Assembly (NCBI GenBank): GCA_034005635.1
Contig: JAVEUJ010000001.1
Span: 1-47,331 of the forward strand
Reading direction: 5' to 3'
From: Kiritimatiellia bacterium
GTDB lineage: Bacteria > Verrucomicrobiota > Kiritimatiellia > CAIQIC01 > Lenti-01
DNA length: 47,331 bases
Numbering within the stretch: the stretch's first letter is position 1; every line of letters begins with the position of its first letter. Shown here piece after piece: positions 45,471 through 47,331 of the stretch. The notes under the pieces are model-generated. The model did not search any database. It saw only the letters and a list, made by a program, of their open reading frames with translations, and was not told the origin of the DNA. Position numbers and translations under genes: made by a program.

Positions 45471-46727
45471 ATGACACTGCACGAAACAATGATACAAATG
45501 GGCGACCGCGCCGTTGCGGCCGAACGCCAGTTGACCACTCTGGGCACTCGCCGTAAAAACCTCATTCTGGAAGCCATGGCGGACTCGCTCGATGCCAGTC
45601 GCGCCCAAATCAAAGAAGCCAATGCCCGCGACATGGCGGCCGGACGCGAGGCGGGCCTTTCCGATGCCATGCTCGATCGGCTGCTGCTGAGCGACAAACG
45701 GATGGACTCCATGATCAGTGGGGTTCGCGCCCTGGTTGCCCTCAAGGATCCCGTCGGTGAAAAAATTTCCCGCTGGGTGCGTCCCAACGGATTAATCATC
45801 AAAAAAATCCGCACCCCCATCGGGGTGATCGGCATCATATTTGAGTCGCGGCCTAATGTGACCGTCGATGCAGCGGCGCTGTGTTTCAAGACCTCCAATG
45901 CCGTCATTTTACGCGGCGGCCGCGAAGCCATTGAATCCAATATGGCCTTGGTCGATGCCTTGCAGGCTGGCGGTGCACTGAAGGGGCTACCGCCCCACTC
46001 CATCCAGCTCATCACTACGCTGGATCATGATGCCGTGCGCGAATTAGTTCAGCTCCAGGGCCGCGTCGATCTCGTCATTCCGCGAGGCGGCGAAGCGCTT
46101 ATCCGCGCCGTGACCGAACAGGCACGGGTGCCAGTGATCAAGCACTACCAGGGCGTCTGCCACATATATGTGGATGCTGCCGCCGATCAGGCCAAAGCAC
46201 TCGATATCATTGAGAATGCCAAGTGCAGCCGACCTGGCGTTTGTAACGCAGTCGAAAAAGTCCTCGTTCACAAAACCATCGCCGCCGAATTTCTGCCCAA
46301 ACTGGACGAACGACTGGCGGCCAAGCGGGTCGAGTTGCGCGGTGACCCGGCCGCCTGCACCATCGTTCCCTCTTGGATCCCGGCTACCTCAGAGGATTGG
46401 GACGCGGAATACCTCGATCTCATCCTGACTGTTGGGGTGGTACCCACGCTCGAAGCCGCCATCGATCATATCGGTCGCCACAGCTCCCATCACTCCGATG
46501 GTATTGTAACCGAGGATGAAGACGCTCAGACGGTCTTTAATCAGCAAGTGGACTCCGCCTGCGTCTACACCAATGCCTCAACCCGTTTCACCGATGGCGG
46601 CGAGTTTGGCATGGGCGCAGAAATTGGAATTTCTACTGATAAACTTCATGCACGCGGCCCCATGGGCCTTGAGGAGCTGACCACCTACAAATATATTATC
46701 CTCGGTAATGGCCAAATCCGCACGTGA
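45471..46727 (+). CDS. proA: Glutamate-5-semialdehyde dehydrogenase
   Basis: 418 aa. ProA-typical strings (IGVIGIIFESRPNVTVDAAALCFKTSNAVILRGG, CNAVEKVLVH, HSDGIVTED). Confidence 0.92.
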   Translation: MTLHETMIQMGDRAVAAERQLTTLGTRRKNLILEAMADSLDASRAQIKEANARDMAAGREAGLSDAMLDRLLLSDKRMDSMISGVRALVALKDPVGEKISRWVRPNGLIIKKIRTPIGVIGIIFESRPNVTVDAAALCFKTSNAVILRGGREAIESNMALVDALQAGGALKGLPPHSIQLITTLDHDAVRELVQLQGRVDLVIPRGGEALIRAVTEQARVPVIKHYQGVCHIYVDAAADQAKALDIIENAKCSRPGVCNAVEKVLVHKTIAAEFLPKLDERLAAKRVELRGDPAACTIVPSWIPATSEDWDAEYLDLILTVGVVPTLEAAIDHIGRHSSHHSDGIVTEDEDAQTVFNQQVDSACVYTNASTRFTDGGEFGMGAEIGISTDKLHARGPMGLEELTTYKYIILGNGQIRT

Positions 46728-46759
46728 GTCCAGCCAACTCGGACTTGCCCTTTCCCATC

Positions 46760-47331
46760 ATGAACCGTCTATCCATCGATGACCGCCAAATCGCCGCCTT
46801 TGCGGAATTTCTGAAACAGTCTAGTTCGGTTGCGCCCTTCGATTTCTGCACCCGCAGTGAAGGCTTTATTTATCCCCAGCGTAAGCATGAAGGTGTACTG
46901 GAAACATTCTTCTTTGCCTGCGCCCACCAGTTTGGTTTTTGGACCCTCGATGGCGATCGCTGGAACGCCCCAATGGTGGCGTGCATCGATGGGCATGACC
47001 TCAAGGGCTCCGATTATCTGTTCCGCGCCTGTACCCGCGCCGCACAAAATAATCCGGCGGTCTTTCTACCAGCCACCCTGGCTACCATGACCGATGCGCA
47101 GTTCGCCGATCTATTCCTGGATGATGCCGAGTGCAATCCCCTGCCCATGTGGGCGGAGCACCTGGCGCTGATTCGCGGTTATGCGCAGTGGTTTGTGCAG
47201 CACACCACAGCGCCCGCGCTGCTGCTGCAACAGATCGCCACCAGCCCAACTCCCCTGCAAACACTGTTGCATCGTCTGGCCGAGATCCCCGGCTATGCTG
47301 AGGATCCCCTTCAGAAAAAAGCCATGCTGCT
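46760..47331 (+). CDS. Truncated ORF, possibly a DUF2419/queuosine-salvage (Qng1-like) family protein
   Basis: My own translation from ATG 46760 stays open for 190 codons to the window edge (MNRLSIDDRQIAAFAEFLKQ...FFFACAHQFGFWT...YAEDPLQKKAMLL). The FxFW and DPxxKKAxL strings resemble my memory of DUF2419 proteins. The track ORFs here in other frames look like shadows. Confidence 0.45.
   Translation, partial: MNRLSIDDRQIAAFAEFLKQSSSVAPFDFCTRSEGFIYPQRKHEGVLETFFFACAHQFGFWTLDGDRWNAPMVACIDGHDLKGSDYLFRACTRAAQNNPAVFLPATLATMTDAQFADLFLDDAECNPLPMWAEHLALIRGYAQWFVQHTTAPALLLQQIATSPTPLQTLLHRLAEIPGYAEDPLQKKAML

Overview
This is 47.3 kb of GC-rich bacterial chromosome, densely packed with about 48 protein genes on both strands, nearly all housekeeping. 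The genes are: mnmA; a three-subunit molybdenum-hydroxylase operon; M28 and M23 peptidases; paaK plus an ACT protein; rpmB; citrate synthase; a split chrA pair; rtcB; an Fe-S assembly block (HCF101-type Mrp fusion, Rrf2 regulator, sufBCDSU); a parC-like topoisomerase subunit; ilvD; frr-pyrH; a TatT-associated TRAP transporter; a rubredoxin missed by the ORF track; manC; an 829-aa exported coiled-coil protein; rarA; hydF; mutL; proBA; and a truncated DUF2419-like gene. I saw no rRNA, tRNA, CRISPR array, transposase, integrase or recognisable defence gene. The gene content (prepilin-like small protein, TatT-TRAP, HydF, rubredoxin) hints at an anaerobic or microaerophilic PVC-type organism (Verrucomicrobia/Planctomycetes-like), but that is inference only. 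I do not see a convincing novel multi-gene system. The most unusual signals are non-coding: (1) five helically phased 19-bp palindromes filling the manC upstream spacer; (2) three MITE-like insertions of two families that share GGCGCA termini and 9-bp target duplications; (3) a dif-like XerCD-type core in an AT-rich convergent spacer; (4) an AT-rich two-gene islet of unknown function next to a G11 tract. All family assignments come from motifs read by eye, not from database searches.
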